The notes under the pieces were generated by a model. It worked only from the letters and a program-made list of their open reading frames with translations, did not search any database and was not told the DNA's origin. The translations under genes were made by a program, and so were the position numbers. 64,000 nt of DNA from Haplodiscus bocki. Lineage: Eukaryota. The DNA is taken from NCBI GenBank assembly GCA_965655095.1, contig OZ296649.1, positions 29,636,001-29,700,000 on the forward strand. Direction: 5' to 3'. This document shows positions 50,801-64,000 of this stretch, piece after piece. Numbering within the stretch: the first letter of the stretch is position 1; each line of letters opens with the position of its first letter.

Positions 50801-53800
50801 AATGATGTTCTATCAAAGTTTGTCTAACAATCGCAGCTCGCGAAGATGGATTTGCTGTGCCATTAGTGCAGTTAACCGAAGCAATTAAGGTTATTTCTGT
50901 CGCCTTTGCAAGCCCCGCCCCTAATACGAGTTGAGTGATGATTATTGGAACTAAAATGGTGCAAGGACCCATTTACTTGAAAGAGGTTACTTTGGAACGG
51001 ACTTATTTTAAAACAATTTTTTCATCACCTGTACAATTGTACGCGCATATATCTGAATCACTTTTTTAATGCAATTGCAGTAATAATTCAATCCCTTGAT
51101 GCAAAATAACGACTGGGAATACGCCTCAAATCAAAAAGTATGTATCTTTCTTTTAATTTGTCCCAACACGCTTTCATCACCTTTCTTCGTTCCCAATGAG
51201 TAATAGACTAAACGCACGTGACTTGTAACCTGTGCTCACCTGAATCGATTTGCAGTTTTAGAAAAACATCGTATTGAATTTTTTTCTTTGCAACTCATCC
51301 CCTATTTTAGCTGCCAATCCTTGTGCACCAAACTAGACCCGTAAGCGCCTTACCGATAAATATCTTGCTTTCTGGATTTTCTCCACTTATCATACGAGCA
51401 GAAAACATCAACACTATAAACATTGCAACGATGTTTGGGTTTTTCTTCGTCAATTGATCCATTTTTGCTTTTTTACGTAATTTTGATGACAAAATCAAAC
51501 GTTTTAAGACGAACTTTTGCCAACTTTACCTGAAAGAAATGGCTTCCTCGCATGTGGACGTTGCGCTACGTTATAAGCCTATTGGATCCGACAAGATGAT
51601 CGAATTTGGTTAAATCTTCGTTCAGTAAGGAATCCTCGTTGTATGGTCTTTCAACCAGGTGAGTACCCCTTGTATCTTGTATCCTCAATAAAAAAGCAGA
51701 AGGCGGAAGAAGTCGTTTCTTCAAAGAAAATTGAAGGAGTTTGGCCCTGGTAAAACGTTCGGGTCGAGGATAGAGTATAGTGTGTTTAGTTTTTTTAAAA
51801 GAATAGTAACAAAGTACTTCTCCGTTTATACCATTTAGTTTTGGAACCAGTGCTTGCATGAAAAAGTTCTGTTTGTTTTCTCTGTTAAGAAAGTTACGTC
51901 GTGAACCCCTCGTTTCCTGTTGGTTTTTAAATAAATCGATTTTCGTGGTTAAATCCACCGTAGCTTTCCTCCGAATTCTGCTGACGTCACGTGGTCTTAC
52001 CAAACGTTACGATTTCTATTCTTTTTCATTTTTCTGACACAGAATTGATAAATTTGTTGTTTCAGTTCTTCTCTTCCAGGTGTGTCTTGCGTTGCTGATG
52101 CTGATTGGGGATCCGTTTTCTTCCTGTTGGAGCCACAAACCGGTTATCTCCTTCGCCTGTACCCTCAAACTGAAACCCTTCGCGTGTGCCCAGCTTTCGG
52201 TTCCCAGGAGCAGTCCTTTGTGCCGATGTCAACAATCTGTATCCCACCGGATCCGATGACTTCCTTCGCTGTTAATACATAGCGAATGAAAATCAGATGC
52301 GTCTCTTGTCCGCTTCGCCCATCCTTCCTTTAGTAATGCCGGATAATCGGCATTTTGCGAGGCTAACCTCTCCTATACCGACCCGATCCGTCTCATGTTT
52401 TACCGACTCGACTGTTGACCGTGAATTTGTTGCCCTTCTCAAGGATACCGATAAACTGGATTCCTTTCGAATTTTTCTTGGCGCTGAAGTGAGCGCTTTC
52501 TCCGCCTCCAAAAAACAACTTCCACCGCCTCCGGGAAATTTTGGAGATGACGATGAGAAATCTAGAGATGAAGGTTATTGACAACACCATACTTGAACGG
52601 ATTACCAATGTCCCTAAAGCAATTCTTACTGATCTTCGACAAGATATTGACATTGAGGGTCTTGAAGCCGATCGTGGCTGAGTTTCAATGATCCATGACC
52701 TTGTGGCACCTTTGTACCACAGTTCCCGGATTTCCTGATAAAGTATACCCCTCAGCTGTCTTCTACAAGCGTTTAGGTTGCAGTCGATATTCCTCCTTGC
52801 CGACGCTAAACAAAGTTCCATATTTTGATTCCTTCATGCCATACCGACAAGCATCCACACTTCTGCCTCCACATAGCTCAACGGCTCAATGATGTTCTAT
52901 CAAAGTTTGTCTAACAATCGCAGCTCGCGAAGATGGAATTGCTGTGCCATTAGTGCAGTTAACCGAAGCAATTAAGGGTATTTCTGTCGCCTTTGCAAGC
53001 CCCGCCCCTAATACGAGTTGAGTGATGATTATTGGAACTAGAATGGTGCAAGGACCCATTTACTTGAAAGAGGTTACTTCGGAACGGACTTATTTTAAAA
53101 CAATTTTTTCATCACCTGTACAATTGTACGCACATCTATACGAATTACTTTTTTTTTATGCAATTGCAGTAATAGTTCAATCCCTTGATGCAAAATGACG
53201 ACTGGGAATACGCCTGAAATCAAAAAGTGTAAATCTTTCCTTCAATTTGTCCCAACACGCTTTCATCACCTTTCTTCGTTCCCAATGAGTAATAGACTAA
53301 ACGCACGTGACTTGTAACCTGTGCTCACCTGAATCGATTTGCAGTTTTAGAATAATATCATACTGAATTTTTTTCTTTGCAACTCATCCCCTATTTTAGC
53401 TGCCAATCCTTGTGCACCAAACTAGAACCGTAATCGCCTTACCGACAAATATCTTGCTTTCTGGATTTCCTCCACTTATCATACGAGCAGAAAACATCAA
53501 CACTATAAACATTGCAACAATGTTTGGGTTTTTCTTCGTCAAGTTGATCCATTTTTGCTTTTTTACGTAATTTGGATGACAAAATCAAACGTTTTAAGAC
53601 GAATTTTTGCCAACTTTACCTGAAAGAAATGGCTTCCTCGCATGTGGACGTTGCGCTACGTTATAAGCCTATTGGATCCGACAAGATGATCGAATTTGGT
53701 TAAATCTTCGTTCAGTAAGGAATCCTCGTTGTATGGTCTTTCAACCAGGTGAGTACCCCTTGTATCTTGTATCCTCAATAAAAAAGCAGAAGGCGGAAGA

Positions 53801-56800
53801 AGTCGTTTCTTTAAAGAAAATTGAAGGAGTTTGGCCCTGGTAAAACGTTCGGGTCGAGGATAGAGTCTAGTGTGTTTAGTTTTTTTTAAAAAAAAATAGT
53901 AACAAAGTACTTCTCCGTTTATACCATTTAGTTTTGGAACCAGTGCTTCCATGAAAAAGTTCAGTTTGTTTTCTTTGTTAAGAAAGTTACGTCGTGAACC
54001 CCTCGTTTCCTGTTGGTTTTTAAATAAATCGATTTTCGTGGTTAAATCCACCGTAGCTTTCCTCCGAATTCTGCTGACGTCACGTGGTCTTACCAAACGT
54101 TACGATTTCTATTCTCTTTCATTTTTCTGACACAGAATTGATGAATTTGTTGTTTCAGTTCTTCTCTTCCAGGTGTGTCTTGCGTTGCTGATGCTGATTG
54201 GGGATCCGTTTTCTTCCTGTTGGAGCCACAAACCGGTTGTCTCCTTCGCCTGTACCCTCAAACTGAAACCCTTCGCGTGTGCCCAGCTTTCGGTTCCAAG
54301 GAGCAGTCCTTTGTGCCGATGTCAACAATCTGTATCCCACCGGATCCGATGACTTCCTTCGCTGTTAATACATAGCGAATGAAAATCAGATGCGTCTCTT
54401 GTCCGCTTCGCCCATCCTTCCTTTAGTAATGCCGGATAATCGGCATTTTGCGAGGCTAACCTCTCCTATACCGACCCGATCCGTCTCATGTTTTACCGAC
54501 TCGATTGTTGACCGTGAATTTGTTGCCCTTCTCAAGGATACCGATAAACTGGATTCCTTTCGAATTTTTCTTGGCGCTGAAGTGAGCGCTTTCTCCGCCT
54601 CCAAAAAACAACTTCCACCGCCTCCGGGAAATTTTGGAGATGACGATGAGAAATCTAGAGATGAAGGTTATTGACAACACCATACTTGAACGGATTACCA
54701 ATGTCCCTAAAGCAATTCTTACTTATCTTCGACAAGATATTGACATTGAGGGTCTTGAAGCCGATCGTGGCTGAGTTTCAATGATCCATGATCTTGTGGC
54801 ACCTTTGTACCACAGTTCCCGGATTTCCTGATAAAGTATACCCCTCAGCTGTCTTCTACAAGCGTTTAGGTTGCAGTCGATATTCCTCCTTGCCGACGCT
54901 AAACAAAGTTCCATATTTTGATTCCTTCATGCCGTACCGACAAGCATCCACAATTCTACCTCCACATAGCTCAACGGCTCAATGATGTTCTATCAAAGTT
55001 TGTCTAACAATCGCAGCTCGCGAAGATGGAATTGCTGTGCCATTAGTGCAGTTAACCGAAGCAATTAAGGGTATTTCTGTCGCCTTTGCAAGCCCCGCCC
55101 CTAATACGAGTTGAGTGATGATTATTGGAACTAGAATGGTGCAAGGACCCATTTACTTGAAAGAGGTTACTTCGGAACGGACTTATTTTAAAACAATTTT
55201 TTCATCACCTGTACAATTGTACGCACATCTATACGAATTACTTTTTTTTTATGCAATTGCAGTAATAGTTCAATCCCTTGATGCAAAATGACGACTGGGA
55301 ATACGCCTGAAATCAAAAAGTGTAAATCTTTCCTTCAATTTGTCCCAACACGCTTTCATCACCTTTCTTCGTTCCCAATGAGTAATAGACTAAACGCACG
55401 TGACTTGTAACCTGTGCTCACCTGAATCGATTTGCAGTTTTAGAATAATATCATACTGAATTTTTTTCTTTGCAACTCATCCCCTATTTTAGCTGCCAAT
55501 CCTTGTGCACCAAACTAGAACCGTAATCGCCTTACCGACAAATATCTTGCTTTCTGGATTTCCTCCACTTATCATACGAGCAGAAAACATCAACACTATA
55601 AACATTGCAACAATGTTTGGGTTTTTCTTCGTCAAGTTGATCCATTTTTGCTTTTTTACGTAATTTGGATGACAAAATCAAACGTTTTAAGACGAATTTT
55701 TGCCAACTTTACCTGAAAGAAATGGCTTCCTCGCATGTGGACGTTGCGCTACGTTATAAGCCTATTGGATCCGACAAGATGATCGAATTTGGTTAAATCT
55801 TCGTTCAGTAAGGAATCCTCGTTGTATGGTCTTTCAACCAGGTGAGTACCCCTTGTATCTTGTATCCTCAATAAAAAAGCAGAAGGCGGAAGAAGTCGTT
55901 TCTTTAAAGAAAATTGAAGGAGTTTGGCCCTGGTAAAACGTTCGGGTCGAGGATAGAGTCTAGTGTGTTTAGTTTTTTTTTAAAAAAAATAGTAACAAAG
56001 TACTTCTCCGTTTATACCATTTAGTTTTGGAACCAGTGCTTCCATGAAAAAGTTCAGTTTGTTTTCTTTGTTAAGAAAGTTACGTCGTGAACCCCTCGTT
56101 TCCTGTTGGTTTTTAAATAAATCGATTTTCGTGGTTAAATCCACCGTAGCTTTCCTCCGAATTCTGCTGACGTCACGTGGTCTTACCAAACGTTACGATT
56201 TCTATTCTCTTTCATTTTTCTGACACAGAATTGATGAATTTGTTGTTTCAGTTCTTCTCTTCCAGGTGTGTCTTGCGTTGCTGATGCTGATTGGGGATCC
56301 GTTTTCTTCCTGTTGGAGCCACAAACCGGTTGTCTCCTTCGCCTGTACCCTCAAACTGAAACCCTTCGCGTGTGCCCAGCTTTCGGTTCCAAGGAGCAGT
56401 CCTTTGTGCCGATGTCAACAATCTGTATCCCACCGGATCCGATGACTTCCTTCGCTGTTAATACATAGCGAATGAAAATCAGATGCGTCTCTTGTCCGCT
56501 TCGCCCATCCTTCCTTTAGTAATGCCGGATAATCGGCATTTTGCGAGGCTAACCTCTCCTATACCGACCCGATCCGTCTCATGTTTTACCGACTCGATTG
56601 TTGACCGTGAATTTGTTGCCCTTCTCAAGGATACCGATAAACTGGATTCCTTTCGAATTTTTCTTGGCGCTGAAGTGAGCGCTTTCTCCGCCTCCAAAAA
56701 ACAACTTCCACCGCCTCCGGGAAATTTTGGAGATGACGATGAGAAATCTAGAGATGAAGGTTATTGACAACACCATACTTGAACGGATTACCAATGTCCC

Positions 56801-59800
56801 TAAAGCAATTCTTACTTATCTTCGACAAGATATTGACATTGAGGGTCTTGAAGCCGATCGTGGCTGAGTTTCAATGATCCATGATCTTGTGGCACCTTTG
56901 TACCACAGTTCCCGGATTTCCTGATAAAGTATACCCCTCAGCTGTCTTCTACAAGCGTTTAGGTTGCAGTCGATATTCCTCCTTGCCGACGCTAAACAAA
57001 GTTCCATATTTTGATTCCTTCATGCCGTACCGACAAGCATCCACAATTCTACCTCCACATAGCTCAACGGCTCAATGATGTTCTATCAAAGTTTGTCTAA
57101 CAATCGCAGCTCGCGAAGATGGATTTGCTGTGCCATTAGTGCAGTTAACCGAAGCAATTAAGGTTATTTCTGTCGCCTTTGCAAGCCCCGCCCCTAATAC
57201 GAGTTGAGTGATGATTATTGGAACTAAAATGGTGCAAGGACCCATTTACTTGAAAGAGGTTACTTTGGAACGGACTTATTTTAAAACAATTTTTTCATCA
57301 CCTGTACAATTGTACGCGCATATATCTGAATCACTTTTTTAATGCAATTGCAGTAATAATTCAATCCCTTGATGCAAAATAACGACTGGGAATACGCCTC
57401 AAATCAAAAAGTATGTATTTTTCTTTTAATTTGTCCCAACACGCTTTCATCACCTTTCTTCGTTCCCAATGAGTAATAGACTAAACGCACGTGACTTGTA
57501 ACCTGTGCTCACCTGAATCGATTTGCAGTTTTAGAAAAACATCGTATTGAATTTTTTTCTTTGCAACTCATCCCCTATTTTAGCTGCCAATCCTTGTGCA
57601 CCAAACTAGACCCGTAAGCGCCTTACCGATAAATATCTTGCTTTCTGGATTTTCTCCACTTATCATACGAGCAGAAAACATCAACACTATAAACATTGCA
57701 ACGATGTTTGGGTTTTTCTTCGTCAATTGATCCATTTTTGCTTTTTTACGTAATTTTGATGACAAAATCAAACGTTTTAAGACGAACTTTTGCCAACTTT
57801 ACCTGAAAGAAATGGCTTCCTCGCATGTGGACGTTGCGCTACGTTATAAGCCTATTGGATCCGACAAGATGATCGAATTTGGTTAAATCTTCGTTCAGTA
57901 AGGAATCCTCGTTGTATGGTCTTTCAACCAGGTGAGTACCCCTTGTATCTTGTATCCTCAATAAAAAAGCAGAAGGCGGAAGAAGTCGTTTCTTTAAAGA
58001 AAATTGAAGGAGTTTGGCCCTGGTAAAACGTTCGGGTCGAGGATAGAGTCTAGTGTGTTTAGTTTTTTTTAAAAAAAATAGTAACAAAGTACTTCTCCGT
58101 TTATACCATTTAGTTTTGGAACCAGTGCTTCCATGAAAAAGTTCAGTTTGTTTTCTTTGTTAAGAAAGTTACGTCGTGAACCCCTCGTTTCCTGTTGGTT
58201 TTTAAATAAATCGATTTTCGTGGTTAAATCCACCGTAGCTTTCCTCCGAATTCTGCTGACGTCACGTGGTCTTACCAAACGTTACGATTTCTATTCTTTT
58301 TCATTTTTCTGACACAGAATTGATAAATTTGTTGTTTCAGTTCTTCTCTTCCAGGTGTGTCTTGCGTTGCTGATGCTGATTGGGGATCCGTTTTCTTCCT
58401 GTTGGAGCCACAAACCGGTTATCTCCTTCGCCTGTACCCTCAAACTGAAACCCTTCGCGTGTGCCCAGCTTTCGGTTCCCAGGAGCAGTCCTTTGTGCCG
58501 ATGTCAACAATCTGTATCCCACCGGATCCGATGACTTCCTTCGCTGTTAATACATAGCGAATGAAAATCAGATGCGTCTCTTGTCCGCTTCGCCCATCCT
58601 TCCTTTAGTAATGCCGGATAATCGGCATTTTGCGAGGCTAACCTCTCCTATACCGACCCGATCCGTCTCATGTTTTACCGACTCGATTGTTGACCGTGAA
58701 TTTGTTTCCCTTCTCAAGGATACCGATAAACTGGATTCCTTTCGAATTTTTCTTGGCGCTGAAGTGAGCGCTTTCTCCGCCTCCAAAAAACAACTTCCAC
58801 CGCCTCCGGGAAATTTTGGAGATGATGATGAGAAATCTAGAGATGAAGGTTATTGACAACACCATACTTGAACGGATTACCAATGTCCCTAAAGCAATTC
58901 TTACTTATCTTCGACAAGTTATTGACATTGAGGGTCTTGAAGCCGATCGTGGCTGAGTTTCAATGATCCATGATCTTGTGGCACCTTTGTACCACAGTTC
59001 CCGGATTTCCTGATAAAGTATACCCCTCAGCTGTCTTCTACAAGCGTTTAGGTTCCAGTCGATATTCCTCCTTGCCGACGCTAAACAAAGTTCCATATTT
59101 TGATTCCTTCATGCCATACCGATAAGCATCCACACTTCTACCTCCACATAGCTCAACGGCTCAATGATGTTCTATCAAAGTTTGTCTAACAATCGCAGCT
59201 CGCGAAGATGGAATTGCTGTGCCATTAGTGCAGTTAACCGAAGCAATTAAGGTTATTTCTGTCGCCTTTGCAAGCCCCGCCCCTAATACGAGTTGAGTGA
59301 TGATTATTGGAACTAAAATGGTGCAAGGACCCATTTACTTGAAAGAGGTTACTTTGGAACGGACTTATTTTAAAACAATTTTTTCATCACCTGTACAATT
59401 GTACGCGCATATATCTGAATCACTTTTTTAATGCAATTGCAGTAATAATTCAATCCCTTGATGCAAAATAACGACTGGGAATACGCCTCAAATCAAAAAG
59501 TATGTATCTTTCTTTTAATTTGTCCCAACACGCTTTCATCACCTTTCTTCGTTCCCAATGAGTAATAGACTAAACGCACGTGACTTGTAACCTGTGCTCA
59601 CCTGAATCGATTTGCAGTTTTAGAAAAACATCGTATTGAATTTTTTTCTTTGCAACTTATCCCCTATTTTAGCTGCCAATCCTTGTGCACCAAACTAGAC
59701 CCGTAAGCGCCTTACCGATAAATATCTTGCTTTCTGGATTTTCTCCACTTATCATACGAGCAGAAAACATCAACACTATAAACATTGCAACGATGTTTGG

Positions 59801-62800
59801 GTTTTTCTTCGTCAATTGATCCATTTTTGCTTTTTTACGTAATTTTGATGACAAAATCAAACGTTTTAAGACGAACTTTTGCCAACTTTACCTGAAAGAA
59901 ATGGCTTCCTCGCATGTGGACGTTGCGCTACGTTATAAGCCTATTGGATCCGACAAGATGATCGAATTTGGTTAAATCTTCGTTCAGTAAGGAATCCTCG
60001 TTGTATGGTCTTTCAACCAGGTGAGTACCCCTTGTATCTTGTATCCTCAATAAAAAAGCAGAAGGCGGAAGAAGTCGTTTCTTCAAAGAAAATTGAAGGA
60101 GTTTGGCCCTGGTAAAACGTTCGGGTCGAGGATAGAGTATAGTGTGTTTAGTTTTTTTGAAAAAATAGTAACAAAGTACTTCTCCGTTTATACCATTCAG
60201 TTTTGGAACCAGTGCTTCCATGAAAAAGTTCAGTTTGTTTTCTCTGTTGAGAAAGTTACGTCGTGAACCCCTCGTTTCCTGTTGGTTTTTAAATAATACG
60301 ATTTTCGTGGTTAAATCCACCGTAGCTTTCCTCCGAACTCTGCTGTCGTCACGTGCTCTTACCAAACGTTACGATTTCTATTCTTTTTCATTTTTCTGAC
60401 ACAGAATTGATAAATTTGTTGTTTCAGTTCTTCTCTTCCAGGTGTGTCTTGCGTTGCTGATGCTGATTGGGGATCCGTTTTCTTCCTGTTGGAGCCACAA
60501 AACGGTTATCTCCTTCGCCTGTACCCTCAAACTGAAACCCTTCGCGTGTGCCCAGCTTTCGGTTCCCAGGAGCAGTCCTTTGTGCCGATGTCAACAATCT
60601 GTATCCCACCGGATCCGATGACTTCCTTCGCTGTTAATACATAGCGAATGAAAATCAGATGCGTCTCTTGTCCGCTTCGCCCATCCTTCCTTTAATAATG
60701 CCGGATAATCGGCATTTTGCGAGGCTAACCTCTCCTATACCGACCCGATCCGTCTCATGTTTTACCGACTCGACTGTTGACCGTGAATTTGTTGCCCTTC
60801 TCAAGGATACCGATAAACTGGATTCCTTTCGAATTTTTCTTGGCGCTGAAGTGAGCGCTTTCTCCGCCTCCAAAAAACAACTTCCACCGCCTCCGGGAAA
60901 TTTTGGAGATGACGATGAGAAATCTAGAGATGAAGGTTATTGACAACACCATACTTGAACGGATTACCAATGTCCCTAAAGCAATTCTTACTGATCTTCG
61001 ACAAGATATTGACATTGAGGGTCTTGAAGCCGATCGTGGCTGAGTTTCAATGATCCATGACCTTGTGGCACCTTTGTACCACAGTTCCCGGATTTCCTGA
61101 TAAAGTATACCCCTCAGCTGTCTTCTACAAGCGTTTAGGTTGCAGTCGATATTCCTCCTTGCCGACGCTAAACAAAGTTCCATATTTTGATTCCTTCATG
61201 CCATACCGACAAGCATCCACACTTCTACCTCCACATAGCTCAACGGCTCAATGATGTTCTATCAAAGTTTGTCTAACAATCGCAGCTCGCGAAGATGGAA
61301 TTGCTGTGCCATTAGTGCAGTTAACCGAAGCAATTAAGGTTATTTCTGTCGCCTTTGCAAGCCCCGCCCCTAATACGAGTTGAGTGATGATTATTGGAAC
61401 TAAAATGGTGCAAGGACCCATTTACTTGAAAGAGGTTACTTTGGAACGGACTTATTTTGAAACAATTTTTTCATCACCTGTACAATTGTACGCACATATA
61501 TCTGAATCACTTTTTTAATGCAATTGCAGTAATAATTCAATCCCTTGATGCAAAATAACGACTGGGAATACGCCTGAAATCAAAAAGTATGTATCTTTCT
61601 TTTAATTTGTCCCAATACGCTTTCATCACCCTTCTTCGTTCCCAATGAGTAATAGACTAAACGCACGTGACTTGTAACCTGTGCTCACCTGAATCGATTT
61701 GCAGTTTCAGAAAAACATCGTATTGAATTTTTTTCTTTGCAACTCATCCCCTATTTTAGCTGCCAATCCTTGTGCACCAAACTAGACCCGTAAGCGCCTT
61801 ACCGATAAATATCTTGCTTTCTGGATTTTCTCCACTTATCATACGAGCAGAAAACATCAACACTATAAACATTGCAACAATGTTTGGGTTTTTCTTCGTC
61901 AAGTTGATCCATTTTTGCTTTTTTACGTAATTTCGATGACAAAATCAAACGTTTTAAGACGAACTTTTGCCAACTTTACCTGAAAGAAATGGCTCCCTCG
62001 CATGTGGACGTTGCGCTACGTTATAAGCCTATTGGATGCGACAAGATGATCGAATTTGGTTAAATCTTCGTTCAGTAAGGAATCTTCGTTGTATGGTCTT
62101 TCAACCAGGTGAGTGCCCCCTGTATCTTGTATCCTCAATAAAAAGAGGAGAGTGGGAAGAAGTCGTTTCTTAAAAGAAAAATTAAGGAGTTTCACCCTGG
62201 TGAAACGTTCGGTTCGAGGATAGAGTCTAGTGTGTTTAGTTTTTTTAAAAAAATAGTAACAAAGTACTTCTCCGTTTATACCATTTAGTTTTGGAACCAG
62301 TGCTTCCATGAAAAAGTTTAGTTTGTTTTCTCAGTTAAGTTACGTCGTAAACCCCTCGTTTCCTGTTGGTTTTGATTTAAATTGAAATTCGTGGTTAAAT
62401 CCACCGTAGCTTTCCTCCGAACTCTGCTGACGTCGTGTGGTCTTACCAAACGTTACGATTTCTATTCTTTTTCAGTTTTCTGACACAGAATTGATGAATT
62501 TGTTGTTTCAGCTCTTCTCTTCCAGGTGTGTCTTGCGTTGCTGATCCTAATTGTGGATCCGTTTTCTTCCTGTTGGAGCCACAACCCGGTCATCTCCGTC
62601 GCTTGTACCCTCAAACTGAAACCCTTCGCGTGTGCCCAGCTTTCGGTTCCCAGGAGCAGTCCTTTGTGCCGATGTCAATAATCTGTAGCCCACCGGATCC
62701 GATGACTTCCTTCGCTGTTTATACAGAGCGAATGGAATTCAGATGCCTCTCTTGTTCGCTTCGCCCATCCTTCCTTTAGTAATGCCGGATAATCGGCATT

Positions 62801-64000
62801 TTGCGAGGCTAACCTCTCCTATACCGACCCGATCCGTCTCATGTTTTACCGACTCGACTGTTCACCGTGAATTTGTTGCCCTTCTCAAGGATACCGATAA
62901 ACTTGATTCCTTTCGAATTTTTCTTGGCGCTGAAGTGAGCGCTTTTTCCGCCTCCAAAAAACAAATTCCACCGCCTTCGGGAAATTTTAAAGATGACGAT
63001 GAGAAATCTAGAGATGAAGGTAATTGACAACACCATACTTGAACGGAATACCAATGTCCCTAAAGCAATTCTTACTGATCTTCGACAAGATATTGACATT
63101 GAGGGTCTTGAAGCCGATCGTGGCTGAGTTTCAATGATCCATGACCTTGTGGCACCTTTGTACCACAGTTCCCGGATTTCCTCATAAAGTATACCCCTCA
63201 GCTGTCTTCTACAAGCGTTTAGGTTGCAGCCGATATTCCTCCTTGCCGACGCTCAACAAAATTCCATATATTGATTCCTTCATGCCATGCCGACAAGCAT
63301 CCACACTTCTACCTCCACATAGCTCAACGGCTCAATGAAGTTCTATCAAAGTTTGTCTGACAATCGCAGCCGGCGAACATGGAATTGCTGTGCAGTTAGT
63401 GCAGTTAACCGAAGCGATTAAGGTTATTTCTGTCGCCTTTGCAAGCCCCGCCCCTAATACGAGTTGTGTGATCATTATTGGAACTAAAATGGTGCAGGGA
63501 CCCATTTCCTTGAAAGAGGGCATTTTGGAACGGACTTATTTTAAAACAATTTTTTTCATCACCTGTACAATTGTACGCACATATATCTGAATCACTTTTT
63601 TAATGCAATTGCAGTAATAATTCAATCCCTTGATGCAAAATAACGACTGGGAATACGCCTGAAATCAAAAAGTATGTATCTTTCTTTTAATTTGTCCCAA
63701 TACACTTTCATCACCTTTCTTCGTTCCCAATGAGTAATAGACTAAACGCACGTGACTTGTAATCTGTGCTCACCTGAATCGATTTGCAGTTTTAGAAAAA
63801 CATCGTATTGAATTTTTTTCTTTGCAACTCATCCCCTATTTTAGCTGCCAATCCTTGTGCACCAAACTAGACCCATAAGCGCCTTACCGATAAATATCTT
63901 GCTTTCTGGATTTTCTCCACTTATCATACGAGCAGAAAACATCAACACTATAAACATTGCAACGATGTTTGGGTTTTTCTTCGTCAAGTTGATCCATTTT
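23825..64000. repeat. Macrosatellite: ~20 head-to-tail monomers of ~2.0-2.1 kb, continuing past the window end
   Basis: The equivalent minus-strand ORF start recurs at 25680, 27779, 29876, 31880, 33881, 35882, 37880, 39877, 41871, 43864, 45850, 47831, 49919, 52003, 54096, 56189, 58278 and 60365 (periods 1981-2099 bp). The first copy (from ~23825) is more diverged and ~1.76 kb. Confidence 0.97.

Noticed and set aside
23825-64000. Monomer as a Ty3/Gypsy gag-pol or env fragment
   Set aside because: I found no protease, RT, RNase H, integrase or CCHC motif, so the origin is left unassigned.

Overview
This is eukaryotic (animal-like) genomic DNA with spliceosomal introns and no prokaryotic signature. 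From 1 to ~11.3 kb lies a heavily decayed Polinton/Maverick (adintovirus-like) endogenous DNA virus. Its recognisable genes are all on the + strand: rve integrase, minor capsid, small GxG core-like protein, double-jelly-roll major capsid, adenain-like protease, and a protein-primed PolB with C2H2 fingers and an EndoVII-like insert. The PolB is interrupted by what reads as a clean 202-bp phase-0 GT-AG intron between motifs B and C. Next come a 27-bp minisatellite (11.45-12.34 kb), a very divergent and frameshifted RPS2/uS5-like exon (- strand), and three exons of a MATH-BTB (SPOP-like) gene (+ strand) whose 3' exons I cannot find. A 5'-truncated CR1/L2-type LINE and small degenerate repeats follow. 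From ~23.8 kb to the window end is a ~40 kb head-to-tail macrosatellite of about 20 monomers of ~2.0-2.1 kb. It shows ordered sub-families, chimeric units, a templated-insertion deletion scar and remnants of an unidentified coding sequence. All assignments come from manual translation and motif recognition; no searches were run.
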